From: Thermoanaerobaculia bacterium
GTDB taxonomy: Bacteria > Acidobacteriota > Thermoanaerobaculia > Multivoradales > UBA5704
Direction of reading: 5' to 3'
NCBI GenBank assembly: GCA_035490435.1
Contig: DATHEF010000004.1
Coordinates: 216,044-280,043 of the forward strand
Length of the DNA stretch: 64,000 nt
The translations under genes and the position numbers were made by a program. The stretch's first letter is position 1, and every line of letters starts with the position of its first letter. The notes under the pieces were generated by a model that saw nothing but the letters and a program-made list of their open reading frames with translations, searched no databases and was not told the DNA's origin. Shown piece by piece: positions 32,771-42,222 of this stretch.

Positions 32771-33657
32771 TTCCCTTCGTGGATCAGCTTCGCGAGCCTG
32801 GCGACGTTCGCGCCCGAGTCCGGGTTGAGGTACATCATGTCGTGCTCGACCACCCGGTAGATGCGGTTGTTCTTCGCCGCGTCGCTGGTGGCGACCCCCG
32901 GCAGCGCCTTGATCTGGTCGAGCGAGCCGCCCAGCCGGTCATAGCCGAACTCGGACATCAGGATGACGTCCGGATTCGCCTTCGCCACCACCTCGGGGGA
33001 GGCCATGCGCTCCATTCCCTTCTTGTCGATCGCCATCTGGCCGCCGGCCCAGGAGATCATCTGTCCGGCCCCGCCGCCGTCCCCCTTGCCGCCGCTGCCG
33101 ACCACCAGGTAGATGTTCGAGGCGCGGCCGAAGTGGATCACCGCCACCCGCGGCCGGTCCGTATAGCGCTTCACCTCCTCGAGCGACTTCGCGAGGTCGG
33201 CGTCGAGCTTCCGGCAGATCTCCTCGGCCTTCTCCGCCTTGTGGAAGTAGGCGCCGATCTCGCGGATCAGCGCCTTCGTGCCGTCGATCGAGTCGTTCTT
33301 CGCCGCGAACGTCTTGGTGGGGATCTTCAGGCTGGCGATCTGCTGCATCACCTGCGGCGGCCCGACGCTGCCGTCATGGATGATCAGCGTCGGCTTCAGC
33401 GACAGGATCCCCTCGGCGCTGAGCGCGCGGTGGTAGCCGACCGTCTGCACCTTCTTGACCGCCGGCGGATAAGTGCTCGAGAAGTCGACGCCAACAATGT
33501 CCTTCTCTGCGCCGAGGTCCCAGATGATCTCGTTGTACTGCTGGCCGATGACGATGATCCGCTCCGCCTGCGGGGCGGCGGCCTTCTCTTCGTTGCCGAA
33601 GCGTCCGCAGGAGGATGCCAGCAAGGTAAGGAGGGCGAACAGGGCAAGGCGTTTCAT
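32767..33657 (-). CDS. periplasmic substrate-binding protein for heme/siderophore/B12-type ABC importer (HmuT-like), lipoprotein
   Basis: MKRLALFALLTLLASSCG lipobox; Peripla_BP_2 architecture; 4-bp overlap with the permease. Confidence 0.8.
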   Translation of the reverse strand: MKRLALFALLTLLASSCGRFGNEEKAAAPQAERIIVIGQQYNEIIWDLGAEKDIVGVDFSSTYPPAVKKVQTVGYHRALSAEGILSLKPTLIIHDGSVGPPQVMQQIASLKIPTKTFAAKNDSIDGTKALIREIGAYFHKAEKAEEICRKLDADLAKSLEEVKRYTDRPRVAVIHFGRASNIYLVVGSGGKGDGGGAGQMISWAGGQMAIDKKGMERMASPEVVAKANPDVILMSEFGYDRLGGSLDQIKALPGVATSDAAKNNRIYRVVEHDMMYLNPDSGANVARLAKLIHEGK

Positions 33658-33743
33658 GGCCGGAGACTATATACCGCGGCTGCCGCGTGCCCTCGCGAAC
33701 GGTGTACCCTGGAGCCCTGAGGCGCGAGGAGAGACCGGCCACG

Positions 33744-35186
33744 ATGAGAAGCGTTTTCTGGATCGTTCTGACACATGTCCTCTGGGCGTCCGCGGGGTTC
33801 GCGGCGGCGCCCGCGCCGGCCAAGCCCGCCGAACTGCCGCGCGGAACCCTGGTCGAGAAGGTGACCTGCGCCGGCGCTCCGGATCAGGCCTACGCCCTCT
33901 ATCTGCCGTCCAACTACACCCCGGACCGCCGCTGGCCGATCCTCTACGCCTTCGACGCCCGCGCGCAGGGCCGGCGGGTGGCCGAGCTCTTCCAGCAGGC
34001 CGCCGAGACCCATGGCTGGATCCTGGTCAGCTCCTGGAACACGGCGAGCGATGGGCCGGCGGAGCCCAACTTTACCGCCATGCACGCCCTGTGGGCCGAC
34101 ACCCACGCCCGCTTCGCCATCGACGACGCGCGCGTCTATGCCGCCGGCTACTCCGGCACCGTACGCTTCGCCTGCATCCTCGCCCTCACCGCGCCGGGGA
34201 CGATCGCCGGGATCATCGGCGCCGGCGCCGGCTTCCCCTTCGGATCGCCGCCGAAGAAGGACAACCCGTTCGCCTTCTTCGGCACGGTCGGCGACCGCGA
34301 TTTCAACTACTACGAGATGAACGACCTCGACGCGGCAATGAAGGCCCTGGCCCTCCCGCACCGCATCGAGCACTTCTCCGGCCTGCACGACTGGCCGCCG
34401 GCCGGTCTCGCCATGAAAGCGGTGGCCTGGATGGAGCTGCAGGCGATGAAGGCGGGCAAGCGGGAGAAGAGCCCCGCGCTTGTCGAGTCGGAATGGAACC
34501 GCGACCGCGAGCAGGCCCGGTCGCAGGCCGCCGCTCACCCCGCGGACGCGCTCCACACCTGGTCCGCGATGGCTGCCGACTACGCCGGGCTGCGCGACGT
34601 GGCCGAGGCCGAGCGCAAGGCCGCGGCCCTCGCCGCCTCGCCGGCCTGCCGGAAGGAGCTCCGCGAGCGCGACGAGCGGGACCGCCGCGACAAGGATCTC
34701 CTCGCCCGGGCGCCGGCGATCCTGGCGCGCGCCAATCCCGGCAACGAGCCGGTGACCGCGGCGCAGATCGCCGCCGAGCTGAAGATCCCGGAGCTCAAGG
34801 TACGCGCCGCCTCGGCCGACCCGGAGGAGAGCCTCTCCGCCAAGCGGATCCTCAACACCTACCTGGGGCAGACGATGTTCTACCAGCCGCAGTCATTCCT
34901 CGAAAAGAAGGAGTACGACCGCGCTGTCTTCATGATTTCAGTGGGCGCCGAGATCCGCCCCGAGGAGCCGGGCCCCTGGGTAGAGATCGCGGCCATCCAC
35001 GCCCGCAAGGGGAAAGCCGGCCGCAAGAAGGCCCTGGAAGCCCTGCGCACCGCGGCGGACAAGGGGCTCGCCGATCCCGCCGCCCTGGACCGGGAAGCCT
35101 TCAACGACCTGCGGCAGGACGAGGAGTTCCGGCGGATCGTGGCCCAGGTGATGGGGCGCAAGAGCGCCGGTCCACCGAATAGATAG
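33744..35186 (+). CDS. secreted alpha/beta-hydrolase (esterase) with C-terminal helical/TPR-like domain
   Basis: Signal peptide MRSVFWIVLTHVLWASAGFAAA; nucleophile elbow GYSGT; divergent from the hmuTUV-like operon, so a siderophore/heme-associated esterase is possible. Confidence 0.6.
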   Translation: MRSVFWIVLTHVLWASAGFAAAPAPAKPAELPRGTLVEKVTCAGAPDQAYALYLPSNYTPDRRWPILYAFDARAQGRRVAELFQQAAETHGWILVSSWNTASDGPAEPNFTAMHALWADTHARFAIDDARVYAAGYSGTVRFACILALTAPGTIAGIIGAGAGFPFGSPPKKDNPFAFFGTVGDRDFNYYEMNDLDAAMKALALPHRIEHFSGLHDWPPAGLAMKAVAWMELQAMKAGKREKSPALVESEWNRDREQARSQAAAHPADALHTWSAMAADYAGLRDVAEAERKAAALAASPACRKELRERDERDRRDKDLLARAPAILARANPGNEPVTAAQIAAELKIPELKVRAASADPEESLSAKRILNTYLGQTMFYQPQSFLEKKEYDRAVFMISVGAEIRPEEPGPWVEIAAIHARKGKAGRKKALEALRTAADKGLADPAALDREAFNDLRQDEEFRRIVAQVMGRKSAGPPNR

Positions 35187-35271
35187 AAGCCTTCGCGATA
35201 GGACCGTTCATGCCAGCGCCTGAACCGAGAGCGCAGCCGATATTATTCTCTGTTCGGGAGATAATACGGAC

Positions 35272-35511
35272 ATGAAGACCCTGTCCCTGAGACTTCCGGA
35301 CGCCTTGGATGACCAGCTTGAATCGCTGGCTGGCAGACTGCGGACCACCAAGACGGCGGTCATTCGTGAAGCGATATCCGCCTATCTCAACGAGAACAGC
35401 CCTCCGGCCCGAGAGTCCTTTGCGTCGCTGGCTCAAGATCTCTCCGGATGGATTGAGGGCCCCGAGGATCTCTCGGTGAATCCAGACTATCTCGCTGGCT
35501 ACGGCAAGTGA
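35272..35511 (+). CDS. ribbon-helix-helix (CopG/VapB-like) antitoxin
   Basis: 79 aa, MKTLSLRLPDALDDQLESLAGRLRTTKTAVIREAISAYL RHH fold. Confidence 0.7.
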   Translation: MKTLSLRLPDALDDQLESLAGRLRTTKTAVIREAISAYLNENSPPARESFASLAQDLSGWIEGPEDLSVNPDYLAGYGK

Positions 35512-35524
35512 GGAGGAAACCCTC

Positions 35525-35653
35525 ATCGCTTGCCTGGTGCGAATGTCAGAGTTGCACCCGGACGCGGTTCTGCTGACCCTCGATTCCGATTTCAGGATCT
35601 ACCGCAGGAATCGTCGGTCCATGATTCCGACATTGATGCCCACGATCCGCTGA
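35525..35653 (+). pseudogene. remnant 3' fragment of a PIN-domain (VapC-like) toxin gene
   Basis: Frame +1 relative to the antitoxin reads ...LHPDAVLLTLDSDFRIYRRN..., resembling a PIN C-terminus. It has no start codon and no N-terminal catalytic acidic residues. Confidence 0.35.
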
Positions 35654-35715
35654 CGAGGAACTCCGGCGCGCCCGGTCTCGGATGGCCGGGCGCAAGAAAC
35701 CGGGTGAGCCGCCCG

Positions 35716-35892
35716 TCAGCAGAGAGTCGAATTGCAGAGACAGGTATCGAAACAGGCCGTGTTGGCGCCCGACCCGCATATCCAGGGGCAGGTGTCCGAG
35801 CGCCCGCCGCCGGCCTCGCGCAGGCTGGTCTTCCCGAGAGACCGCAGGGTCTCGCGGCTGAGCTCGAGCTTCTTCGGGAGTCTCTTTTTCAT
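35716..35892 (-). CDS. small Cys-rich precursor-like peptide A (58 aa) with double-glycine-type leader
   Basis: MKKRLPKKLELSRETLRSLGKTSLREAGGG|RSDTCPWICGSGANTACFDTCLCNSTLC; SD GGAGGA 9 nt upstream of the ATG. The leader and about 40 bp of upstream sequence are duplicated at 36848..36905. Not in the ORF track. Confidence 0.7.
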   Translation of the reverse strand: MKKRLPKKLELSRETLRSLGKTSLREAGGGRSDTCPWICGSGANTACFDTCLCNSTLC

Positions 35893-35961
35893 GGGGATGG
35901 TTTCCTCCTGCCCTGAACTCTACAACGGAAGTAGAATCCCGTCCCGATAAGGAGAGATCCC

Positions 35962-36411
35962 ATGCCCAAAGTTTCCCACGAACAGGCCCTTGCCGAGATG
36001 GAGAGCGTGCTCGGCATGGTCCGCGCGAACGCTGACCGGTTGCCCCCACTCGCCCTTCAGGTCGCGGACAAGCTCGAGGCCATCATCGCCGAGTTCAAGG
36101 CCGCGAGGATTGAGCAGCAGGATCTGCTCGCAAAGCGGATCTTGAAGACCGAGGAGATCATGTCCCTGATTGCCCAGGGCAACCGTGCCGCGCGCGATCT
36201 GCGGGCCTTCGTCATTCTCGCATTGGGTACGCGGCACCCGTTGCTCAAGCAGTTTGGAATCGGCATCCGCGGCCGCCGCCGCCGCAAGGCCCGGAAGGTT
36301 TCCGTGCCCACCGCCAGACCCTCCGCGGCCCGCCTGGAACCCGTCGAGCCCGCCCTGGAACCGTTCGCAGGAAGTCCGGACGATCTCCAGGCCGCCGCCG
36401 AAGGCGCGTAG
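35962..36411 (+). CDS. hypothetical helical protein (149 aa)
   Basis: RBS aaggagag; protein-like composition; lies between the two leader-peptide genes and directly upstream of the 21-bp tandem repeat block. Confidence 0.45.
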   Translation: MPKVSHEQALAEMESVLGMVRANADRLPPLALQVADKLEAIIAEFKAARIEQQDLLAKRILKTEEIMSLIAQGNRAARDLRAFVILALGTRHPLLKQFGIGIRGRRRRKARKVSVPTARPSAARLEPVEPALEPFAGSPDDLQAAAEGA

Positions 36412-36530
36412 AACGCGCCGGAGCCTCTCCGGGATGTCATGGAACCCGTCCGGCCCTGCTCGTAACGTTTTGAGCGCTGCCGACCCGAAAGGGGGGATGG
36501 CCGCCGAAATAGGGCAGCCGCCGGAGAGAA

Positions 36531-36762
36531 TGGGGGAGGCGTCCGGAGACTTGGGGGAATCGATTTTCGGAATTGGGGAACCGCCTCCGCGAGTTGGGGA
36601 AGCGGTCTCGCCAATGGGGGAGACGCCCGGAGCCTCAGGGGAAAGGGCCGCCCGAATCGGGGAGGCGTCTCCGCGCTGCGGGGAACCGTCCCGCGACTCC
36701 GGGGAGACGGCGAAACGAAAAGGGCGATCGTCTCCGTGCCTGGGGGAACCGTTCCCGGAAGA
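36531..36762. repeat. tandem array of about 10 x 21-22 bp direct repeats (consensus TGGGGGArnCG..CTCCG...)
   Basis: Units start at about 36531, 36552, 36574, 36595, 36615, 36638, 36659, 36680, 36701 and 36741. The 21-bp period equals two helical turns and seven codons. Confidence 0.8.
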
Positions 36763-36847
36763 CCCATGAGAAGCCGGTCAGCCGTCTACTCGCACGCCGC
36801 AGGGTCTCGCGGCTGAGGTCGAGCTTCCTCGGGAGTCTCTTCTTCAT
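36635..36847 (-). CDS. leader-peptide paralog B (70 aa): conserved MKKRLPRKLDLSRETLR leader fused to an Arg/Pro-rich heptad-repeat tail
   Basis: The leader DNA and upstream promoter/RBS are nearly identical to peptide A. The sequence diverges after ETLR and the 3' part is encoded by the tandem repeats (RFPQARR RSPFSFR RLPGVAG RFPAARR RLPDSGG). Confidence 0.5.
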   Translation of the reverse strand: MKKRLPRKLDLSRETLRRASRRLTGFSWVFRERFPQARRRSPFSFRRLPGVAGRFPAARRRLPDSGGPFP

Positions 36848-36907
36848 GGGGTGCTCCTCCTTTGCCCTAACTCTACACCGGACCGGACTCCAGAGCTGAG
36901 CCTTGGG

Positions 36908-37309
36908 CTAGGCGGGGACGGTGACGACTTCCAGTCCATCAATCGACTGGAAGTGTCTGGCGTTGTGGGTTACCAGAGGAAGGTGGTGTCGGACCGCGGT
37001 CGCAGCGATCCAAGCGTCTGCCAGGGAGATCGGGCGTCCCCTTCGCGACATGATTCGGGCCCACTCCCAACTCATCGCGTCATCGTAGGGGAGCACGGCG
37101 TAATTTCTGAGATGCTCCCGGAGCGATTGGACCCGATGTTCTCCCCAATTGCGGGCGAAAGGCCAGCGGTACAGCTCGGCGACTGACATGAATGAGAGGC
37201 ATAGAAGCCTTCCCTTGAGGTGCTCCCAGTAGTGCGGAGCCAGGGAATGCCCCTTCAGGAGGTAGGAAACTACGGATGTATCGACGACGAGACCTTCCAC
37301 CCTCCTCAA
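36908..37309 (-). CDS. vapC: PIN-domain toxin (VapC family)
   Basis: VVDTSVVSYLL N-terminus (first catalytic Asp), ...LPLVTHNARHFQ C-terminus; 4-bp overlap with the upstream antitoxin gene. Confidence 0.75.
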   Translation of the reverse strand: MRRVEGLVVDTSVVSYLLKGHSLAPHYWEHLKGRLLCLSFMSVAELYRWPFARNWGEHRVQSLREHLRNYAVLPYDDAMSWEWARIMSRRGRPISLADAWIAATAVRHHLPLVTHNARHFQSIDGLEVVTVPA

Positions 37310-37512
37310 TCCCGCTCCTGCCGCCAGCGAACGAGTTCCTCCTCGAATCCATCCTGAAGCTCTTCCGTGGGCCAGCCCCCGACGACCTCCTCAAGACGCT
37401 CGACCGGGCGAACGTTCTGCATCTTGGCCAGCTCCTCCAGAGTGGGGCCGGACCAGAACTCACCCGGGATTACGCCACGGCCTTTCGGGTCTTTCCTATC
37501 GTGGACGGCCAT
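37306..37512 (-). CDS. type II antitoxin partner of VapC (68 aa)
   Basis: Small acidic protein translationally coupled to the PIN toxin. Confidence 0.6.
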   Translation of the reverse strand: MAVHDRKDPKGRGVIPGEFWSGPTLEELAKMQNVRPVERLEEVVGGWPTEELQDGFEEELVRWRQERD

Positions 37513-37552
37513 CGTTTACCTCCATGGCAAGTGTAGCAGGCTGTTGGCCGAC

Positions 37553-39081
37553 TACTAGGAGCCTGCGCGCCAGGAATCCTGAGGCGAGATGTCCCCCTGC
37601 TGGGCGAGCGATCGCTGATTTCTCTAGGATGCTCTCCGTTCGAAAGAGCAGGGGGCCGAGCGGTTGGAGGAGAGCAAGTCCCGGGCGAGCTTGTCTTGGC
37701 CGGGCTTTCTCTTCTCACATCGCTTGGAGTAGCGGCCTCATCTGGCGTAAGTTCAGCGCAAGACAGACCAACGTCCATTCTCCGGACACCTTCGTCAGCC
37801 CTCTCAGGCTGAACTGCCGGAAGCCGAGCACCGACTTGATCCAACCGTTGACCGGCTCCACGATGCTCTTGCGCTTGGAGTAGCGTTTGCGCCCCTCTTC
37901 AGTTTCCAGCTTCTGCCTCATTCTTTGTGTCGCTGGGTGCCTGTCTTCGTTTGTCACCTTCGCCTTCTTGCCTTCTCGCCCCAGGGCCACATAAGCGTCG
38001 ATCCGAGAGGCCTCCAACTTCTGGAGGTTCTCCTCCGAGCGATACCCTGCATCAGCCAACACCGCCTGCGGAAACTTGCCGACGTTGGTGTGAGTCTCTT
38101 CCAACACCGGCAGCAGTTCATCATGGTCAGCACCACTCTGCGTGATCTTGGCTGCGAGGATCAGCCGCGACTCACTTTCCACCGCCAGTTGACCGTTGTA
38201 GCACTGCTCGAAGCCGGACGACGTCTTCATGATCCGGCTTTCTGGGTCCGTGAAGTTGTCCTGCTTTTTTTCCGGCGGCTCGCCGAAATCTCGCTTCGTC
38301 TTGCCCTCCTCGGCACAGGCCGGAACCGCTTTACGACCGGCGGCCTGATCCTCCGCGGCTTGGCGCGACCGCAGACGCTCAATCGCTTCCTGAATCTTGC
38401 CCAGACGCTGCTCGCGACGCTTTAGCTCCTCAGGTATCTCATCACCCGTGTTGTCCGGCCCGTACTGAGCATCCTCCTGCGCGTCCACACGCGCCGCTCG
38501 CGACGTCAACTCAACGATGTCCGCTTTCAGACGATCTTTCTCTTGCTTCATCCGCCCATAGCTCATCGCCTTGCGCTTGCTCGCCGACGCCTTCACTTTC
38601 GTACCATCCACCGCCACCGTCCCCATCCGGAGCAACCCCGCCTCCCGCGCCACCTCGATCACCTGCACAAACAGACCTTGGAAAGACAACAGGTGGCGCT
38701 GGCGAAACTCTGCGATCGTCCGGTGGGCCGGAAAGTTCTCCCCGGCCAACACCCGAAACGCCACGTCCTCCTGCAACTTCTTGGCGATTTTGCGAGAGGA
38801 AAAGACACCCGTCGCATAGCCATAGAGCAGCAGCTTGACCATCATCCGCGGATCGTACGGACTGTTGCGACGGCCATCTCCCTCGTAAGGCTCGTAGAAG
38901 GCCTTCAGATCCAGAGCATCGACCGTGTCCGACAGGAAGTACGCCAGGTGGCCCTCCGCAAGCCAATCCCGCGGCGACGGCGGAAGAAGAAGAGACTGTT
39001 CCGGAACGTAGCGACGAAAGGTCGTTGGCATACGGCTATTTTACCGCATGCCAACGATTCCTGCCGCGCAGGCTCCTAGTA
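37553..39081. mobile_element. IS1182-family (IS5-like) insertion sequence, about 1.5 kb, with 26-bp terminal inverted repeats
   Basis: Left end tactaggagcctgcgcgccaggaatc (37553..37578); right end gattcctgccgcgcaggctcctagta (39056..39081). Reverse complement matches 25 of 26 positions. A single transposase gene lies inside. Confidence 0.75.
37715..39031 (-). CDS. IS1182/IS5-family DDE transposase
   Basis: N-terminal LLLPPSPRDWLAEGHLAYFLSDTVDALDL (DUF772/InsH N-terminal motif); DDE catalytic domain in the C-terminal half. Confidence 0.8.
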   Translation of the reverse strand: MPTTFRRYVPEQSLLLPPSPRDWLAEGHLAYFLSDTVDALDLKAFYEPYEGDGRRNSPYDPRMMVKLLLYGYATGVFSSRKIAKKLQEDVAFRVLAGENFPAHRTIAEFRQRHLLSFQGLFVQVIEVAREAGLLRMGTVAVDGTKVKASASKRKAMSYGRMKQEKDRLKADIVELTSRAARVDAQEDAQYGPDNTGDEIPEELKRREQRLGKIQEAIERLRSRQAAEDQAAGRKAVPACAEEGKTKRDFGEPPEKKQDNFTDPESRIMKTSSGFEQCYNGQLAVESESRLILAAKITQSGADHDELLPVLEETHTNVGKFPQAVLADAGYRSEENLQKLEASRIDAYVALGREGKKAKVTNEDRHPATQRMRQKLETEEGRKRYSKRKSIVEPVNGWIKSVLGFRQFSLRGLTKVSGEWTLVCLALNLRQMRPLLQAM

Positions 39082-41117
39082 CAGGACTACGGTGCGGTCC
39101 GACCGGAACCGCTCGCCTGGTTTGCCCGTCTGGCTGAGGAACAGGCGGTTGATCTCGACAGCCTTGCCTTCCTGCTGGAACAGATCCCGGAGAGCAGTCT
39201 GGTTTTTCGAGAGCTAGCGGCAACTCTTTCGGCTCGCGCCGTGGAACTCGCGCGTAATCAAGATGCGCTCGAAACTCTGGCTCTGCTTCTCAACAACTTG
39301 TCCGTCCGCCTAAGCGATCTCGGCCGTCAAGAGGAGGGCCTGGAAGCCTGTGAGGAGGCGGTCAAGCTGTATCGTCAGCTCGTCTCCTCGCGCCCCGATG
39401 CCTTCTGCCCCGATCTGGCGATGTCGCTCAACAACTTGTCCATCGACCTGACAGATCTCGGCCGTTGGGAGGAGGCTTTGGCGGCTTGTGAGGAGGCGAT
39501 CAAGCTGTACCGCCATCTCGCTACCTCGCGCCCCGCCCTCCGCCCCGATCTGGCGATGCGCTCAACAACCTGTCCGGCCGCCTGAGCAATTTCGGCCGAC
39601 GGGAGGAGGCTCTGGCGGCCTGCGAAGAGGCGGTAGAGCTGTACCGCCAGCTCGGCGCTTCACGTCCCGACGCCTTTCGACCCGATTTGGCGACGTCGCT
39701 CAACAACCTGTCCAACGACTTGGGCTATCTCGGCCGTCGGGAGGAGGCTCTGGCGGCCTCTGAGGAAGCAGTCAAGCTGTACCGTCATCTCGCCACCTCG
39801 CGCCCCGACGCCTTCCGTTCCAATCTGGCTAGTGCGCTTAATAACCTGTCCGGCCACTTGAGCGATCTCGACCGTCGGGAGGAGGCTTTAGCGGCCTGTG
39901 AGGAGGCGGTAGAGCTGTACCGCCAGCTCGGCGCTTCACGTCCCGACGCCTTCCGATCCGATCTGGCGATGTCACTCAACAACCTGTCTGTCCGCTTGAG
40001 CGATCTCGACCGTTGGGAGGAGGCCTTGGTGGCTTGCGAGGAGGCAGTAGAGCTGTACCGCCATCTCGCTGCCTCGCGCCCCGACACCTTCCGGCCGGAT
40101 CTGACGATGTCGCTCAATAATCTGTTCGGCCGCTTAAGCAATCTCGGCCGTCAGGAGAAAGCTTTGGTGGCCTGCGAGGAGGCGGTAGAGCTATACCGCC
40201 AGCTCGCCACCTCGCGTCCAGACGTCTTCCGACCCTCTCTAGCGATGTCGCTCAACAACATGTCCGTCGGCCTGAGCGATGTCGGACGTCGGGAGGAGGC
40301 TCTGGCGGCCTGCAAGGAAGCGGTAGAGATCGGGCGCCATCTCGCCGTCTCGCGCCCCGACGTCTCCCGACCCGATCTGGCGATGTCGCTCAGCAACCTG
40401 TCCAACCGCCTGAGTGATGTCGGGCGTCGGGAAGAGGCTCTAGTGGCCTGCGAGGAGGCGGTAGAGATCCGGCGTCATCTCGCCGGCTCGCGCTCCCACG
40501 TCTTCCGACCCGATCTGGCGACGTCGCTCAGCAACCTGTCCATCCGCCTGAGCGATGTCGGGCGTCGGGAAGAGGCTCTGGTGGCCTGCGAGGAGGCGGT
40601 AGAGATCCGGCGTCATCTCGCTGCCGCACGCCCCGACGTCTTCCGATCCCCTCTGGCGGGTGCACTCAACAACCTGTTCGGCCGCCTGAGCGATGTCGGG
40701 CGTCGGGAGGAGGCTCTGGCCACCTGCGAGGAGGCGGTAAAGCTGTACCGCCATCTCGCCACCTCGCGCCCCGACGTCTTCCGGCCCGATCTGGCGATGT
40801 CGCTCAACAACCTGTCGGTCGGCCTGAGCGATCTCGGCCGGAAAGAGGAGGCCCTGGAGGCCTGCGAGAAGGCGGTAGAGATCCGGCGTCAGCTCGCCGC
40901 TGCACGCCCCGACGCCTTCCGACCCGATCTGGCGATGTCGCTTAACAACCTGTCTGTCTGCCTGAGTGCTCTCGAGCTTTGGGAGGAAGCCCTAGCGGCC
41001 TGCGAGGAGGCGGTCCGGACCCTTTCGCCGTACTTTCTCGCCTATCCCGCTGCATTTAGGGACCGGATGGCTATCTTGGCACGGGTCTACCTCCAATGCG
41101 CCGAGGAAGCAGGATAG
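39082..41117 (+). pseudogene. TPR-repeat (TPR_10/12-like) protein gene, 5'-truncated by the IS and carrying a frameshift near 39567
   Basis: About 14 tandem 42-aa repeats (RPDAFRPDLAMSLNNLSxRLSDLGRREEALAACEEAVELYRQLAxS). The upstream ORF 39025..39585 starts inside the IS right end and loses frame at ...DLAMRSTTCPAA, a 1-nt deletion relative to the repeat consensus. The repeats continue in another frame at 39687..41117. Confidence 0.65.
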
Positions 41118-41214
41118 GCACCCGACGCGGACCTTCTTTCACAGGTAGAAGCGTTGCTGGGCTCCTCGGGCGAACCTGACTGAAATGACAGGGCGCCCTC
41201 AGAGGTTGTCGCCC

Positions 41215-41517
41215 CTACTCCGGCAACTCGATCGTCTGCTTCTCGGGATCCGGCTGCTGCCGGTACAAGGTGACCACGAAGCCGATGAGGCCGACCCAGG
41301 CGCTGCCGGTGCGCTCGGCGATCTCGTCGGCGATCTCCTTCTTGCGGCCTTCGGAGTTGGAGATCCTCACCTTGATCAACTCGTGGTCGTCCAAGGCCTT
41401 GTCGATGATCTCGACCACCGAATCGGTGAGGCCGTTCTTTCCCACCTGGATCATGGGCTTGATGTAGTGGGCCATGCCCCTCAGGTACTTCCGTTGCGCG
41501 CCGGTCAGCTCTGCCAT
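41215..41517 (-). CDS. YhbY/CRM-domain RNA-binding protein
   Basis: LTGAQRKYLRGMAH...QVGKNGLTDSVVEIIDKALDDHELIKVRI matches YhbY. Start trimmed to MAELTGAQ. Confidence 0.75.
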   Translation of the reverse strand: MAELTGAQRKYLRGMAHYIKPMIQVGKNGLTDSVVEIIDKALDDHELIKVRISNSEGRKKEIADEIAERTGSAWVGLIGFVVTLYRQQPDPEKQTIELPE

Positions 41518-41626
41518 TTCGTCGTCTCCCTCCTGGCGCATTCTGTGGGAGAGCGGGCGCGGCGTAAAGGCGGGGGCCGCCGCGCGCCTCCTGTTTCTTG
41601 GGAGGGTGCGGCGGCCAGGGAGAGGA

Positions 41627-41935
41627 CTAGAGGTCGCCGCTGAGGGTCACCGCGAAGTTCGTGCTCGTTCCGCCGGGCGTAGCGAAGTAGTAGTTGTTGC
41701 CCGTCTTGACCTTGGACGACGGGAAGGCCGCGCCGTTCTGGATGGTGGTGACGACCGGGTCGGTGCCGCTGACGTCCTGCATGATCGAGCAGGTGGTCGA
41801 GTCCGGCATCGAGACCGTGATGTTGCCGCTGGCGGGCACCTGGAGGAACTTGAAGTTTTCGCTGGAACGGTTCTTCTGGCCGCTGAGCGGCTTGGGGGCG
41901 GAAACCTGGGCGGCGATCGACTGGTTGGTGCTCAT
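41627..41935 (-). CDS. small beta-rich hypothetical protein (102 aa), single-domain homolog of the 44844..45629 protein
   Basis: ...KTGNNYYFATPGGTSTNFAVTL and NITVSMPDSTTCSIMQ align with both repeats of the 261-aa protein; RBS ggagaatccc. Confidence 0.55.
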   Translation of the reverse strand: MSTNQSIAAQVSAPKPLSGQKNRSSENFKFLQVPASGNITVSMPDSTTCSIMQDVSGTDPVVTTIQNGAAFPSSKVKTGNNYYFATPGGTSTNFAVTLSGDL

Positions 41936-42222
41936 TGGGATTCTCCCTTGCAAGTGAATGAATCGTTTTCTGGATCGAGAGCCACGTCCTCGTGGTCTCA
42001 GCCTTGTTTTCATCTCCCGTCCTGGCCAGAACGTCGACGTTTTCCGGTAATAGCAGCCGGCGTGCCAGCCTGTGCCGGCGGCGGTTGATTTTCTAAGCTG
42101 CTGATTTGTAAAGGCTTAGAGGAAAGAAGAACCGGCGGCGGGTCGCGGAGCCTAGCGTTCCCGCGAGAGGGATCTAGCGGGTCCGCTAGAGGTCCACGGG
42201 GCGGCGTAGAATCTCCGGAGAC

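Noticed and set aside
36531-36762. Possible CRISPR array (regularly spaced GGGGA-containing repeats)
   Set aside because: The units are contiguous 21-22-bp direct repeats with no unique spacers and no cas genes nearby, so this is a minisatellite or iteron-like array, not CRISPR.
36170-36769. Plus-strand 199-aa ORF ending in GE-heptad repeats, and minus-strand 236-aa P-rich ORF across the tandem repeats
   Set aside because: Their 5' parts overlap the better-supported 35962..36411 gene out of frame and have no RBS or start context. Only the leader-bearing minus-strand ORF (peptide B) has a conserved promoter and RBS. A shorter GE-repeat peptide starting MAAEIGQ cannot be excluded.
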